Positions 41,804 through 52,809 are shown, numbered from the stretch's first letter. The stretch is DNA of 64,000 nucleotides from Gemmatimonadota bacterium (GCA_963666735.1 OY762926.1:2944001-3008000), one strand, 5' to 3'. Program-made: numbers and translations. Notes: generated by a model from the letters alone, not told the origin.

Positions 41804-43378
41804 TTAAGTTTCCTGGGCACCGGGGATTCCGTTTTCTACGACGTAGCTCGCGCGCGTGGCGATGGGGGCGTCGGGGCGGGTGACGTAGGGCATGACGCGG
41901 AAGTCGGCCCGCAGCCGCTGCGGCGTCAGGCGGCAGCGGACGTAGCCGCGTTGGGCGTTGAAGAACTTGATGTGGGGGTTGTGGCTCATGGCGTTTTCGC
42001 CCTGGGGGCCGGTGTCGGCGCCGTCTCCGCTGGAGCTGATGGAGGTGCCGGCGAATTCGGTGCCGACGATCGGAGAATCCCCCCGGTCGAAGTCGAGTTT
42101 GAGGTCGTTGACCCAGTTGGTGTGGAGGTCGCCGGTGAGGACGATGGGGTTGGAGGGGCGGCGGTCGTGGAGGAAGGTCATGAGGCGATCTCGGTCGGCG
42201 GGGTAGCCGTCCCATTTGTCCATGGGGAGGGTGAGGGTCTCGTCGCCTTCCAGGAGGCGGGCCATGAAGACTTGGTTGGCGAGGACGTTGTAGCGGGCGG
42301 TGGACTGGTCGAGGCCGTCGAGGAGCCAGTCGGCTTGCCGACCGCCGAGAATGGTGGCGTCCTCGGCGTGTTGGTCGGGGCAGGGGGGTTGGCGGCGGCC
42401 TCCGCAGGGCTGGAGGGTGCGGTACTGGCGGGTGTCGAGGACGTGGAGGCGCATCAGGGAGCCGAAGTCGAGGCGGCGGTACAACTGGGCGTCGGGGCCG
42501 GCGGGGAGGGAGGTGCGGCGGAGGGGGAAGTGTTCGTACAGGGCCTGGAAGGCGGCGGTGCGGCGGGCGAGGAAGGACTCGCGGGTCATCTGCTCGGTGT
42601 TGTGGTCGCCGGCCCAGTCGTTGTCGACCTCGTGGTCGTCGGGGGTGAAGACCCACGGTGCGGCGGCGTGGGCGGCCTGGAGGTCGGGATCCCTTTTGTA
42701 TAGGGCGTAGCGGGCGCGGTAGGCCTCGAGGGTGCGGGGTTCCTCGGTGTCGTGGCGGCGCACGAGGTTGTCGCCGAGGCCGGGGCCGCTCTCGTAGATG
42801 TAGTCGCCGAGGTGCACGATGAGCGCCGGGGACTCGGCGGCCATGTGGCGGAAGCCGGTGTACCAGCCGCGCTCGTAGTGCTGGCACGAGACGAAGACGA
42901 AGTCGAAGCGGTCGGGGAGGGCGCCGGGGGCGGGGGCGGTGCGCGTGCGGCCGACGGGGCTCGTCGCGCCGGCGGCGTGGAAGCGGTACCAGTAGTCGCG
43001 CGCGGGGTCGAGGCCGTCGACCTCGGCATGCACGGAGTGGCCGAGTTCGGCTAGCGCGGCGGCCTCGCCGCGGCGGACCACGGTGCGGAAGCGGTCGTCG
43101 GAGGCGACTTCCCAGCGCACGGGGGTCGCGGCGCGGGGGTCGCCGGGCAGGTCGAGGAGGCGCGTCCACAGGACGACGCCGTCGGCGGTCGGCTCGCCGG
43201 AGGCCACGCCGAGTTCGAAGGGGAAGCGCTGCGCCGAAGCCCGGCGGCCGGCGCGGGGACCGAGTTCGCGGCCGCCCGCGGAGGCCCCGGGGCCGAACTG
43301 CGCGAGGGGGAGCGGCGCCAGCGCGCAGAGGGCCGCGGAGCGGGTCCAGGCGGCGAGAAAATCGCGGCGCGTGCTCAC
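41804..43378 (-). CDS. phoD: alkaline phosphatase D family, Tat-exported
   Basis: STRRDFL Tat signal; FELGVASGEP, VHLGDYIYE, DDHEVDND, LDTRQYR, DKWDGY, LTGDLH. Confidence 0.93.
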   Translation of the reverse strand: MSTRRDFLAAWTRSAALCALAPLPLAQFGPGASAGGRELGPRAGRRASAQRFPFELGVASGEPTADGVVLWTRLLDLPGDPRAATPVRWEVASDDRFRTVVRRGEAAALAELGHSVHAEVDGLDPARDYWYRFHAAGATSPVGRTRTAPAPGALPDRFDFVFVSCQHYERGWYTGFRHMAAESPALIVHLGDYIYESGPGLGDNLVRRHDTEEPRTLEAYRARYALYKRDPDLQAAHAAAPWVFTPDDHEVDNDWAGDHNTEQMTRESFLARRTAAFQALYEHFPLRRTSLPAGPDAQLYRRLDFGSLMRLHVLDTRQYRTLQPCGGRRQPPCPDQHAEDATILGGRQADWLLDGLDQSTARYNVLANQVFMARLLEGDETLTLPMDKWDGYPADRDRLMTFLHDRRPSNPIVLTGDLHTNWVNDLKLDFDRGDSPIVGTEFAGTSISSSGDGADTGPQGENAMSHNPHIKFFNAQRGYVRCRLTPQRLRADFRVMPYVTRPDAPIATRASYVVENGIPGAQET

Positions 43379-43447
43379 GGTGAAATCCCCTCCGCGAGGG
43401 CCCGTGTTCGATTGCCGCCGCCCGCCTGCCGGTCTAGCTTCACTCGC

Positions 43448-44479
43448 ATGAAAATCCGTCCCTTCGGCGCCCTGACGGCGCTTCTCGCGGCCACCCTCCC
43501 GGTCCTCTCCGCCTGCAGCAAGCAGACGGCTTTCGGGGAGGCGAACAGCCTCATCATCCTCGCTCCCGACGCTCTCTCGCAGCAAGTGGAGGAGGAGACC
43601 CGGCGGGTCCTGGAGCCCACGATCTTCACGAGCCGCGACGAGAAACAGTACGAGGTCTCCTTCGTCGACCCGGGCCACGAAAACGTCGGCGAGCTGAAGC
43701 TGTTCCGTAACCTCATCGTGTTCGGGACGGTCGACGACCCGCTGCTGCTCGAGGTGGCGGCGGAGGAGGGACGGGATCTCGCCGCGCTGGAGCCGGGCCG
43801 CGTCTTCCAGGCCTCCAACGTGTGGGCGCTGGGCCAGACGGTGACGGGCGTCCTGCTCCGGTCGGGCCGCGAAGCCGAGTCATGGGTGGCGGCCCTGCCG
43901 TCGGTCCTGAACGCGGTGGACACGAACTACCGCCAACTGGTGCTGCGGCGGATGTTCGCGACGGCGGCGGATACGGCGCTCAGGACGGATCTGGGGCGGC
44001 GGTTCGGGTTCTCGATGCTCGTCCCGGAGGTGTACGACCGGATCGCCCGGGATCTCGGCGGAGGCGACAGCCTCGTCATCCTGCGCAACGACAACCCGGA
44101 CCCGAGCGAACTCATCCGGTCGGTCCTCATCGACTGGCGCCCGAACGTCGACTCGCTGACGGCGGAGCTGGCGCTGGAGTGGCGGGCGGAGATCGATGCC
44201 GCGCACTACAACGTCCCGCAGCGCATCGACGACACGAATTCGAGCGTGGTGAGCTTCATGTGGGAGGGCCGCCCGGCGCTGGAGGTGACCGGCGTGTGGC
44301 AGGATGAGACGGGCGGGTTCCCCGCGGCGGGCCCGTTCATCGTCTGGCTGGTCGACTGTCCGGCGCGCACGTACTTCGTCGATGCGTGGCTCTACTCGCC
44401 GAACCGGCCCAAGTACGAGTACATGCTGCAACTGCAGGAGATACTCGGGTCGTTCCGCTGCGTCGAGTCCGGCGCCTAG
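43448..44479 (+). CDS. DUF4837-family lipoprotein
   Basis: lipobox LSAC; NVWALGQ, EVTGVW...AGPF, WLYSP...K. Confidence 0.75.
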   Translation: MKIRPFGALTALLAATLPVLSACSKQTAFGEANSLIILAPDALSQQVEEETRRVLEPTIFTSRDEKQYEVSFVDPGHENVGELKLFRNLIVFGTVDDPLLLEVAAEEGRDLAALEPGRVFQASNVWALGQTVTGVLLRSGREAESWVAALPSVLNAVDTNYRQLVLRRMFATAADTALRTDLGRRFGFSMLVPEVYDRIARDLGGGDSLVILRNDNPDPSELIRSVLIDWRPNVDSLTAELALEWRAEIDAAHYNVPQRIDDTNSSVVSFMWEGRPALEVTGVWQDETGGFPAAGPFIVWLVDCPARTYFVDAWLYSPNRPKYEYMLQLQEILGSFRCVESGA

Positions 44480-44505
44480 TGCACTAGCCGGACAGGGTCG
44501 CCTGG

Positions 44506-47500
44506 ATGTCGTTCGTTCATCTTCACACACATAGCGAGTACTCGCTCCTCGACGGCGCGAACCGCATCGACGACCTGGTCGAGCGCGCGGTCGAACTCGG
44601 CATGCCCGCCCTCGCCCTCACGGACCACGGCAACCTCCACGGCGCATGGGAGTTCCAGGAGAAGGCCCGCGCCCGGGGGATCAAGCCGATCATCGGCTGC
44701 GAGGTCTACGTCGCGTACGGCGACCGCCGCTCCCGCAAGCTGGAGGAGGGCGCCCCGGCCCACTACGCCCACCTCGTGCTGCTCGCCGAGAGCCGGCGCG
44801 GCTACTCGAACCTCGTAAAGCTCTCGTCGATCGGGTACACGGAGGGCTTCTACCGCCGTCCCCGCGTGGACCGCGAGATGCTCGAGCAACACGCGGACGG
44901 GATCGTCTGTCTCTCCGCCTGCCTCGCCGGCGAAGTCGCCCGCTACCTGCAGCACGAGCGGTACGAGGAGGCGAAGCGGGCCGCGGAGTGGCACGCGCGG
45001 GTGTTCAGCGACCGCTACTGGCTCGAACTCCAGGACCACGGGATCCCGCAGCAGGATGTGGTGAACCGGGGCATCATCCAGCTCTCCGAGGAACTCGGCC
45101 TCCCGCTCGTCGTCACCAACGACGCGCACTACATGCGGCGCGAGGACGCGGACGCGCACGACACCCTCCTCTGCATCGGGACGGGCAAGGACAAGGACGA
45201 CCCCGACCGGCTCCGCTTCCACGGCGAGGAGAGCTACTTCAAGACCGCCGACGAGATGGCGGAACTCTTCCCGGACCTGCCCGGCCTGCTCGCCGAGACG
45301 GTGCGGATCGCGGAGCGCTGCGACGTCAAGGTCGAGAAGCAGTACCAGTTGCCCGGTTTCCCGCTCCCGGACCGCTTCTCCGAACCCATGGAGATGCTGC
45401 GCCACGAGGCGGCGGAGGGGGCGAAGGCCAGGTACGGCGATCCCCTGCCCGAGGCGGTGCGCGACCGTCTCGACTACGAACTCGGGGTCATCGAGAACAC
45501 GGGATACGCGGGCTACCTGCTCATCGTGTGGGACTTCATCGTCGCGGCGCGCGAACGGGACATTCCGGTGGGGCCCGGCCGCGGATCGGCCGCGGGATCG
45601 ATCATCTGCTACGCGCTCGGCATCACCGATGTGGACCCGCTCGCGTTCGACCTCCTCTTCGAGCGCTTCCTGAATCCGGAACGCGTCTCCATGCCGGACA
45701 TCGACATCGACTTCTGCTACGAGCGCCGCGGCGAGGTCATCGACTACGTGCGGGAGAAGTACGGCCAGGCCTCGGTCGGGCAGATCATCACGTTCGGGAC
45801 GATGAAGGCGCGCGCCGTGATCCGGGACGTGGGCCGGGTGCTCGGCTTCACGCCTTCGGACACGGATCGCCTCGCGAAGCTCGTGCCGTCGACGCCGGGG
45901 TTCTCGTTCACGGCGGCGGAGGCGAGGAAGAAGGTGGGGGAACTCGCCGAGCGCGACCGCGAGGACGCCCAGGTCACGAAGCTCCTCGACTACGCGGAGC
46001 GCATCGAGGGACTCGCGCGCCACAGTTCCGTGCACGCGGCGGGGGTCGTGATCGCGCCGGGACCGCTGGACGACTACGTGCCGATCTGCGCGGACACGAA
46101 GAGCGGCGCCGTGATCACGCAGTTCGACATGAACGCGCTCGAGAAGGCGGGCATGCTCAAGATGGACTTCCTGGGCCTGCGCACGCTGACCGTGATCGCC
46201 GACGCCGCGCGCAACGTGGAGAAGCGGCACGGGATCCGCGTGGACTGGGAGGAGATCGGCCTCGAGGACCCCGCCGTGTACGAGATGCTCGCGGGCGGCC
46301 GCACGAGCGGGGTGTTCCAGTTCGAGTCCAGCCTCGCGACGGACAAGCTGCGCGCCATGCGCTGCGACCGTTTCGACGACCTCGTCGCCGTCAACGCGCT
46401 CATCCGCCCGGGCCCGCTCGATTCCGGGATGACGGACGTCTACATCGCGCGCAAACGCGGACTCAAGCCGGTCGAGTACCCGCATCCCGACCTCAAGGAG
46501 ATCCTTGAGCCGACGTACGGGGTCATCACCTACCAGGAGCAGGTGATGCGGGCGGCCAACCTGCTCGCCGGGTTCTCGCTCGCCGAAGCCGATGTGCTCC
46601 GGAAGGCGGTGGGGAAGAAGGACGCCGAACTCACGGACAAGGTGCTCGGGGAATTTGTCAAGCGCGCGGTCGAGCGCGGCGTGGCGAAACCGAAGGCGGG
46701 CGAGATCGCCGAACTCATCCGCACCTTCGGCCGCTACGGCTTCAACAAGGCGCACAGCGTCGCGTACGCGCTCCTCTCCTACCGGACCGCGTGGCTGAAG
46801 GCGCACTACCCGGCCGAGTTCATGGCCGGCCTCCTGTCCTCGGAGATCGGGAGCACGGATGCGGTCGTGTCGTACATCGCGGCGGCGCGGCCGCTCGGCA
46901 TCCGGGTGCTTCCCCCCTCGGTGAGGGAGTCGGGGTATCGCTTCACGGTCGTCGACGATCCGGATGCGCCCGGGAAGTCGGCGATCCGCTTCGGACTCGG
47001 CGCGATCAAGGGCGTGGGACACTCCGCGATCCGGTCCATGCAGGCGGCCCGGGAAGACGCGCCGTTCGAGAGTTTCATCGACTTCCTCGAACGGATCGAC
47101 CTGCGGCTCAACAACTCGCGCGTGATCCAGGCCCTGATCGGCGCCGGGGCGCTCGACGACCTGGGCGACCGCGCCGCCCTCACCGCCGGCCTCGAGGTCA
47201 TGCTCAACGAGGCGCAGTTGCGCCGGCAGGAGGCCGAGAGCGGCCAGACGAGCCTGTTCGGGGGCGACTCGGCGGAGACGCGGCCGGAGGTCGAACTCCC
47301 CGTCGTGTCCGCGTGGAGCGAGCGCGACCGGCTGCGCGAGGAGAAGGAGCGCCTCGGGTTCTACATTTCGGGACACCCGCTCGAGCGCTACCGGGATCTC
47401 GCCGACCTCTACGCGCTGGAGGCGAAGACGACGAACCTGCGCGAGCGCCGGGACCGGAAGGTGGAGATCCCCTGCGTCATCACCGAGACGTCGGTACGCA

Positions 47501-48030
47501 CCGCGCGCAAGGACGGCCGGGAGTGGGCGCGCCTCAGGATCGAGGATTTTCACGGGACGGCGACGACGCTCGTCTTCGGCGATGTGTGGCAGAAGAACCG
47601 GGATCTGCTCACCGACGACCGTCCGGTCCTGATCGCCGGCACGGTGTCGAACAACTCGCGGGACGACGACGATCCGCCCATTTTCCTCGACTCCGTGCGG
47701 CCGCTGGCGGAGGTGCGGGACGAGGGCCAGGTGGGGATCCTGATCGAGCTCCGCGAGGACAAACGGCCGGAGCCCGGCGCGTTCCTGCGTGCCCGGGAGT
47801 TGCTGGAGGCTTCGCCGGGGCGCGGACCGCTCTACGTCGAAGCCGTGGAAGCCGCAGCGGTCGCAGCAGCCGCAGCAGCCGGCGAAGCCGGGAACGGGGC
47901 GCCGGAGGACGACGCGCGACCGCCGCGCTTCACGTCGCGAACGCTGCGCGTGGCGCCGACTCCGAGCCTGGTCGAGGAACTGCGCGGGCTGCTGGGCGGA
48001 AGCGGCGTGAGACTGGTCCGGAATCGCTGA
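44506..48030 (+). CDS. dnaE: DNA polymerase III alpha subunit
   Basis: FVHLHTHSEYSLLDGA, GRGSAAGS, SMPDIDIDF, YGFNKAH. Confidence 0.98.
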   Translation: MSFVHLHTHSEYSLLDGANRIDDLVERAVELGMPALALTDHGNLHGAWEFQEKARARGIKPIIGCEVYVAYGDRRSRKLEEGAPAHYAHLVLLAESRRGYSNLVKLSSIGYTEGFYRRPRVDREMLEQHADGIVCLSACLAGEVARYLQHERYEEAKRAAEWHARVFSDRYWLELQDHGIPQQDVVNRGIIQLSEELGLPLVVTNDAHYMRREDADAHDTLLCIGTGKDKDDPDRLRFHGEESYFKTADEMAELFPDLPGLLAETVRIAERCDVKVEKQYQLPGFPLPDRFSEPMEMLRHEAAEGAKARYGDPLPEAVRDRLDYELGVIENTGYAGYLLIVWDFIVAARERDIPVGPGRGSAAGSIICYALGITDVDPLAFDLLFERFLNPERVSMPDIDIDFCYERRGEVIDYVREKYGQASVGQIITFGTMKARAVIRDVGRVLGFTPSDTDRLAKLVPSTPGFSFTAAEARKKVGELAERDREDAQVTKLLDYAERIEGLARHSSVHAAGVVIAPGPLDDYVPICADTKSGAVITQFDMNALEKAGMLKMDFLGLRTLTVIADAARNVEKRHGIRVDWEEIGLEDPAVYEMLAGGRTSGVFQFESSLATDKLRAMRCDRFDDLVAVNALIRPGPLDSGMTDVYIARKRGLKPVEYPHPDLKEILEPTYGVITYQEQVMRAANLLAGFSLAEADVLRKAVGKKDAELTDKVLGEFVKRAVERGVAKPKAGEIAELIRTFGRYGFNKAHSVAYALLSYRTAWLKAHYPAEFMAGLLSSEIGSTDAVVSYIAAARPLGIRVLPPSVRESGYRFTVVDDPDAPGKSAIRFGLGAIKGVGHSAIRSMQAAREDAPFESFIDFLERIDLRLNNSRVIQALIGAGALDDLGDRAALTAGLEVMLNEAQLRRQEAESGQTSLFGGDSAETRPEVELPVVSAWSERDRLREEKERLGFYISGHPLERYRDLADLYALEAKTTNLRERRDRKVEIPCVITETSVRTARKDGREWARLRIEDFHGTATTLVFGDVWQKNRDLLTDDRPVLIAGTVSNNSRDDDDPPIFLDSVRPLAEVRDEGQVGILIELREDKRPEPGAFLRARELLEASPGRGPLYVEAVEAAAVAAAAAAGEAGNGAPEDDARPPRFTSRTLRVAPTPSLVEELRGLLGGSGVRLVRNR

Positions 48031-48194
48031 CGGTTCCTCGCCCATCACGCCGCCCGTTCCTGGTCCGTCCGGCCGCCCGTCCGGCCGCCCGCTGGCCGGA
48101 TCACCACCCGCGGGGCCACTTTACGCGGGCGGCCGACGGCTGGATGATGCTGGATGATGGCCGTGTCGGCTCCGGGACCGAGAGATAATCGCGT

Positions 48195-49142
48195 ATGTCG
48201 ATAGAACAGGAAGGCCTGGCCGAACTCCGCAACCACGTGGAGGAGCTTCGGACCAAGGCCAGAGAGCGCGGGATCGACGTGAGCGCCGAGTTGGGGCCGC
48301 TGGAAGCCCAACTCGCCGCCGCGCACGATGAGGCCATGGCCCGGCTGTCGCGTTTCGACCGTGTGAAGCTCGCCCGCAACCAGGACCGTCCCTTCTCGCT
48401 CGACTACATCCAGGGGATCGGCACGGACTTCTTCGAGTTGAGGGGCGACCGGGTCTTCCGCGACGACCCGGCCGTCGTCGGCGGCTGGCTCAAGCTCGAT
48501 GGCCGCCCGGTCATGGTCATCGGGCACCAGAAGGGCCGGGAGATGAAGGAGAACCTGCGCCGCAACTTCGGCTCTCCCCATCCCGAGGGATACCGCAAGG
48601 CGAAGCGCCTGATGCGGCTGGCCGAGAAGTTCGGCCGCCCCGTCGTCACCTTCATCGACACGCAGGGGGCGTATCCCGGCATCGGGGCCGAGGAGCGGGG
48701 CCAGGCGGAGGCGATCGCCCGCAACCTCGCCGTGATGGCGGGCCTGCGGGTTCCCATCGTGAGCGGCGTCATCGGCGAGGGAGGCTCGGGCGGAGCCCTG
48801 GGCATCGGCGTGGCGGACCGCGTCCTCATGATGGAGAACGCGATCTACTCGGTGATCTCGCCCGAAGGGTGCGCCGCGATCCTGTGGCGGAGCCGCGAGC
48901 ACTCCGACAAGGCGGCCGAAGCGCTCAAACTCACCGCCCGCGACCTGCAGGACCTGGGCGTGGTGGACCAGATCATCCCCGAGCCGAGGGGCGGGGCGCA
49001 CACGGACCCGGAGGCCGCGGTCGAAGCCATGGGCGCCGCGATCCGGCGCCACCTGCGGGAACTCGCAAAGCTGGAGCCGGACGACCTGGTCGAGTCGCGG
49101 CGGGACAAGTACTACGCCATCGGCGCCTGGGAGGAGCGGTGA
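48195..49142 (+). CDS. accA: acetyl-CoA carboxylase carboxyltransferase alpha
   Basis: RNFGSPHPEGYRKA, GAEERGQ, GEGGSGGAL, YSVISPEG. Confidence 0.97.
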   Translation: MSIEQEGLAELRNHVEELRTKARERGIDVSAELGPLEAQLAAAHDEAMARLSRFDRVKLARNQDRPFSLDYIQGIGTDFFELRGDRVFRDDPAVVGGWLKLDGRPVMVIGHQKGREMKENLRRNFGSPHPEGYRKAKRLMRLAEKFGRPVVTFIDTQGAYPGIGAEERGQAEAIARNLAVMAGLRVPIVSGVIGEGGSGGALGIGVADRVLMMENAIYSVISPEGCAAILWRSREHSDKAAEALKLTARDLQDLGVVDQIIPEPRGGAHTDPEAAVEAMGAAIRRHLRELAKLEPDDLVESRRDKYYAIGAWEER

Positions 49143-50131
49143 GCGGGGGCCGGCGGCCGCGCCCCGTGCGTCCCGGCGCGCCCCGTTCCGCGCGCCCCGG
49201 CGGGGAGGCCGGCAACGGCGCCTCTCGCGAGCGTCGATCCGGACCGGATCCGGGGGCGGCCCCCCCGAGCCAGGTCCTCGAGGTCCGGTTCAAGGGCCTT
49301 CGTTCCGACTTCTTCGCCTTCAGCGGCGCCCCCGCGCTGGCGGAGCGCGAGTACGTCGTCGTGGAGGCCGACCGCGGACAGGACATCGGGTGCGTGAAGC
49401 GCGCGGCCGCCGCCGGGGACCTGGCGTGCGAAGGGGGCTGCGACAGCGTGGGCGACCGCGCCGTGCCGCTGCCGTCCCGCCGCGTGATCCGCCGCGCCGC
49501 CCCGGCCGATGTGCTGCGGCTGCGGCAGCTTCGCGACCAGGAACTCGAGGTGCGCCGGCGCACGCGCGAACTCGCGGCGAAACACCGGCTGCGCATGAAG
49601 GTGAGCGAGGCGGAGTGGCAGTGGGACCGCAACAAGCTCACGGTGTACTTCACCGCCGAGAAGCGGGTCGACTTTCGCGCCCTCGTGCGGGAGATGGCCC
49701 GCTCGTTCCGGACCCGGATCGACCTCCGGCAGATCGGGGTCCGCGATGAGGCGCGCCGTCTGGGCGGGCTGGGCCGCTGTCGCCGCGAACTCTGCTGTCG
49801 CTCGTGGCTCACGTCCATCGAACCCGTCACGCTGCAGCTTGCGAAGGACCAGGGCCTCTCGCTCAACCCGAGCCAGATTTCAGGCGCCTGCGGCCGTCTC
49901 ATGAACTGCCTCCGCTACGAGCACGCCGTGTACACGCAGGCCAAAAAGCGCTTCCCGCCCGTCGGCCGGACGATTCAAACCGCCCAAGGCCGCGAGAACG
50001 TGAAGTCGTGGGATCTGTTCGAGGAGACCGTGTCGCTCCAGGCGGGCGACGGGGAGATCCGCACCATCCCGCTCGCCCAGTTGCGCACCGAGCGGCGCGC
50101 GGCGCGGCGCGCCGAGCTGGACCGCAGGTAG
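49139..50131 (+). CDS. ricT: PSP1/RicT (YaaT) family protein
   Basis: VYFTAEKRVDFRALV, RQIGVRDEA, CRRELCC, ISGACGRLMNCLRYE. Confidence 0.9.
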   Translation: MSGGRRPRPVRPGAPRSARPGGEAGNGASRERRSGPDPGAAPPSQVLEVRFKGLRSDFFAFSGAPALAEREYVVVEADRGQDIGCVKRAAAAGDLACEGGCDSVGDRAVPLPSRRVIRRAAPADVLRLRQLRDQELEVRRRTRELAAKHRLRMKVSEAEWQWDRNKLTVYFTAEKRVDFRALVREMARSFRTRIDLRQIGVRDEARRLGGLGRCRRELCCRSWLTSIEPVTLQLAKDQGLSLNPSQISGACGRLMNCLRYEHAVYTQAKKRFPPVGRTIQTAQGRENVKSWDLFEETVSLQAGDGEIRTIPLAQLRTERRAARRAELDRR

Positions 50132-51672
50132 TGTCCCGCTTCTATCTTACGACGGCGATCGACTACTCGAACGGCGACCCGCACCTGGGACACGCCATCG
50201 AGAAGATCGGCGCCGACGCGATCGCCCGATACCGCCGCGCCCGCGGGGACGAGGTCCATTTTCTCATCGGCATGGACGAGCACGGGCAGAAGGTCCGGCA
50301 GGAGGCGGAAAAACAGGGATCGGACCCCCGGGAATGGGTGGACCGCATCGCCGAGGCCTTCCTGGATGTCTGGCAACGCCTGGGTCTGTCGCACGACGAT
50401 TTCATCCGGACGTCGGAGCCGCGCCACCACCGCGGCCTGACCGCGCTCATGAAGCGGATCGCCGCGAACGGGGACTTCCGCCGCTCGAAGTACGAGGGCC
50501 ACTACTGCGCCGGCTGCGAAGCCTTCAAGAAGGACGACGAACTGGCCGGCGGGCGCTGCCCGCTTCACCCGGGGCGCGAGGTCGAGTGGACCGAGGAGGA
50601 GAACTGGTTCTTCCGGCTCTCCGACTACCGGGACACGCTCCTCTCCCGCCTGCGGGACGACCCGGCGTCCGTCCGTCCCCGGACGCGCCGCAACGAGATC
50701 GCCCGGCTGCTGGAGTCCGGACTCGACGACATCTCGGCCTCCCGGGCGAGGATCCGCTGGGGCGTCCCCTTTCCGGGGGATGAGGAGCACACGGTCTACG
50801 TGTGGTTCGATGCGCTGTCGAACTACATCACGGCCATCGGCTATCCGGACGGCGACGCGTTCGGGAAGTTCTGGCCCGCGGACCTCCACATCATCGGCAA
50901 GGACATCACGCGCTTCCACTGCGTGTACTGGCCGGCCATGCTGCTGGCGGCGGGCGTGGCGCCGGCGAAGAGCGTGTGGGCCCACGGCTTCATCAAGATC
51001 GGCGGGGCGAAGCTCTCGAAGTCGGCGGGCACGGAACTCGGACTCGTCGAACTCATCGAGCGGCACGGGCCGGACGCGCTGCGGTACTTCCTGCTGCGGG
51101 AGGTGCCGTGGGACGGCGACCGCGACTACCCATCGACGGAGGCCTTCATCGAGCAGTTCGACCGCCGCTACACGTCGGACCTCGCGAACGACCTCGGCAA
51201 CCTCCTGAACCGCGTGGTCTCGATGGTCTCCCGGTACCGGGGAGGGGACGTGCCGCCGCCGCGGGGAGGCGCACTCGCGCAGAAGACGGCGCGGGCTCTG
51301 TCGGAGTACCACGCCGCGATGGACGGCTACCTGCTGCACCGGGGTCTGGCGGCGGCGTTCGATGTCGTGCGCGCGGCGAACGGATTCGTGGACGAGACGA
51401 AGCCCTGGGCGCTGGCCAAGGCGGAGCGGGGCGGGGACGGGGGCGCGGGCGGCGGCGCGGACACGGGCGCCCTCGACGGGGTCCTGTCCCAGCTCATCGC
51501 GGCGCTCGGCGCGGTGGCCGCGATGCTCGCTCCCTTCACGCCGGGGAAGGCGGCCGAACTCTGGCGGACCCTGGGGGGCGACGGCCCGCCGCCGGCTTTC
51601 GAGCACTTGGAACCGTCCGTGGCCGGGCTCCGCGCCGTGCGTCCGAGCGGCGTGCTCTTCCCGCGCCCCTGA
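50131..51672 (+). CDS. metG: methionyl-tRNA synthetase (short form)
   Basis: FYLTTAIDYSNGDPHLGH, YVWFDAL, IGKDITRFH, KLSKS. Confidence 0.95.
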   Translation: MSRFYLTTAIDYSNGDPHLGHAIEKIGADAIARYRRARGDEVHFLIGMDEHGQKVRQEAEKQGSDPREWVDRIAEAFLDVWQRLGLSHDDFIRTSEPRHHRGLTALMKRIAANGDFRRSKYEGHYCAGCEAFKKDDELAGGRCPLHPGREVEWTEEENWFFRLSDYRDTLLSRLRDDPASVRPRTRRNEIARLLESGLDDISASRARIRWGVPFPGDEEHTVYVWFDALSNYITAIGYPDGDAFGKFWPADLHIIGKDITRFHCVYWPAMLLAAGVAPAKSVWAHGFIKIGGAKLSKSAGTELGLVELIERHGPDALRYFLLREVPWDGDRDYPSTEAFIEQFDRRYTSDLANDLGNLLNRVVSMVSRYRGGDVPPPRGGALAQKTARALSEYHAAMDGYLLHRGLAAAFDVVRAANGFVDETKPWALAKAERGGDGGAGGGADTGALDGVLSQLIAALGAVAAMLAPFTPGKAAELWRTLGGDGPPPAFEHLEPSVAGLRAVRPSGVLFPRP

Positions 51673-51673
51673 T

Positions 51674-51760
51674 CGCCCACAACCCGCCCACAACCCGCCC
51701 ACAACCCGGAACACTGCCTCCCGCAGCGGGTAAAACGTTGACACTGGTTGACACTGGTTG
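51674..51760 (+). repeat. short tandem repeats
   Basis: CGCCCACAACC x3 (51674-51706) and GTTGACACTG x2+ (51737-51760). Confidence 0.8.
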
Positions 51761-51786
51761 CCCACCGCGACTAGCTTCATCGGTCG

Positions 51787-52809
51787 ATGTTGCGGCTGCG
51801 GACGGGGTTGCCGCCGTTTCGCGGCGACCCGCCGGAAGTTCCTCTTTACTGGCAATGGCTGGATGACTTGATAAAGCCTTCGTACTGGACGATACAGATA
51901 CTGCCCGGGAGTGGCGGGCGGGCGCGCAGCTATCGCGTGGAGAAGCGCCGCGCGAAAGCTGTCGGAGTCGTGGCGGCCGTGCTCCTGATGATGGCGTCCG
52001 CCTTCGTCGCCACCGTGCTGGGGCGGCAGGACGCGGCGGAGCAACTCGCGCGCTATCGAGCCGAGAACCGACAGCTGATCAGCAGCCTGCAGGCCATGGA
52101 GCGCCGCAGCGGACAGTTCAGCCGGGCGCTCGACGATCTCTCGGTGCAGGAACAGAGGTTCCGGATCGTCGCCGGCCTTCCGCTGCTCGATCCCGACGTC
52201 TACTCGGTAGGCGTGGGCGGTCCCGGCGGCGTCGACCCGACGAACGACGAGTTCTTCGAAATCGCCCCGGATCTGGCGCGGGAAGCCGGAGATGTGGCGG
52301 TCGACATCGAACAGTTGCTGCGGCGCGCGGACCTGCTTCGGAGCAGTCTCACCGAGGCGGCGGATTCCGTCGGCGTGCGGCGTGAGCGGTATCAGCGCAT
52401 TCCCTCGATCTGGCCGGTCATCGAGGAGGATTCCTGGCTTTCCTCCGGCTTCAGCCATAACCGGCTGCATCCGATGCTCGGACTCCGGCGCCCGCATACC
52501 GGGGTCGACATTTCGACCGATTTCGGCAGTTCGGTGATGGCGACGGGAGCGGGAGAGGTCACGTTCGCCGGCTCGAAGAGCACGTACGGCCGTATCGTCG
52601 AAATCGATCACGGCGACGGCTATGAGAGCCGCTACGCTCACCTGGGCCGCATCGCGGTTCGCGTGGGCGCACAGGTCCAGCGTGGCGACGTCATCGGGGA
52701 GGTCGGCATCTCCGGGATGGCCACGGGTCCGAATCTCCACTACGAGGTCTGGGTCAATGGCCGCGCCGTGAATCCGGTCGGCTACTTCCTGGACGGCTAC
52801 CGCCGCTAG
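51787..52809 (+). CDS. M23-family metallopeptidase (start uncertain)
   Basis: HTGVD, YAHL, TGPNLHYEV; N-terminal TM and coiled coil. Confidence 0.92.
   Translation: MLRLRTGLPPFRGDPPEVPLYWQWLDDLIKPSYWTIQILPGSGGRARSYRVEKRRAKAVGVVAAVLLMMASAFVATVLGRQDAAEQLARYRAENRQLISSLQAMERRSGQFSRALDDLSVQEQRFRIVAGLPLLDPDVYSVGVGGPGGVDPTNDEFFEIAPDLAREAGDVAVDIEQLLRRADLLRSSLTEAADSVGVRRERYQRIPSIWPVIEEDSWLSSGFSHNRLHPMLGLRRPHTGVDISTDFGSSVMATGAGEVTFAGSKSTYGRIVEIDHGDGYESRYAHLGRIAVRVGAQVQRGDVIGEVGISGMATGPNLHYEVWVNGRAVNPVGYFLDGYRR

Noticed and set aside
44476..48048. 1190-aa antisense ORF and similar long shadow ORFs (2834..4429, 49975..52851, 59253..61013, 61143..63308)
   Set aside because: They mirror well-supported genes on the other strand; expected in high-GC DNA
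51674..51760. Iterons or replication origin
   Set aside because: Only 2-3 short tandem units, no rep gene or AT-rich unwinding region; probably slippage repeats
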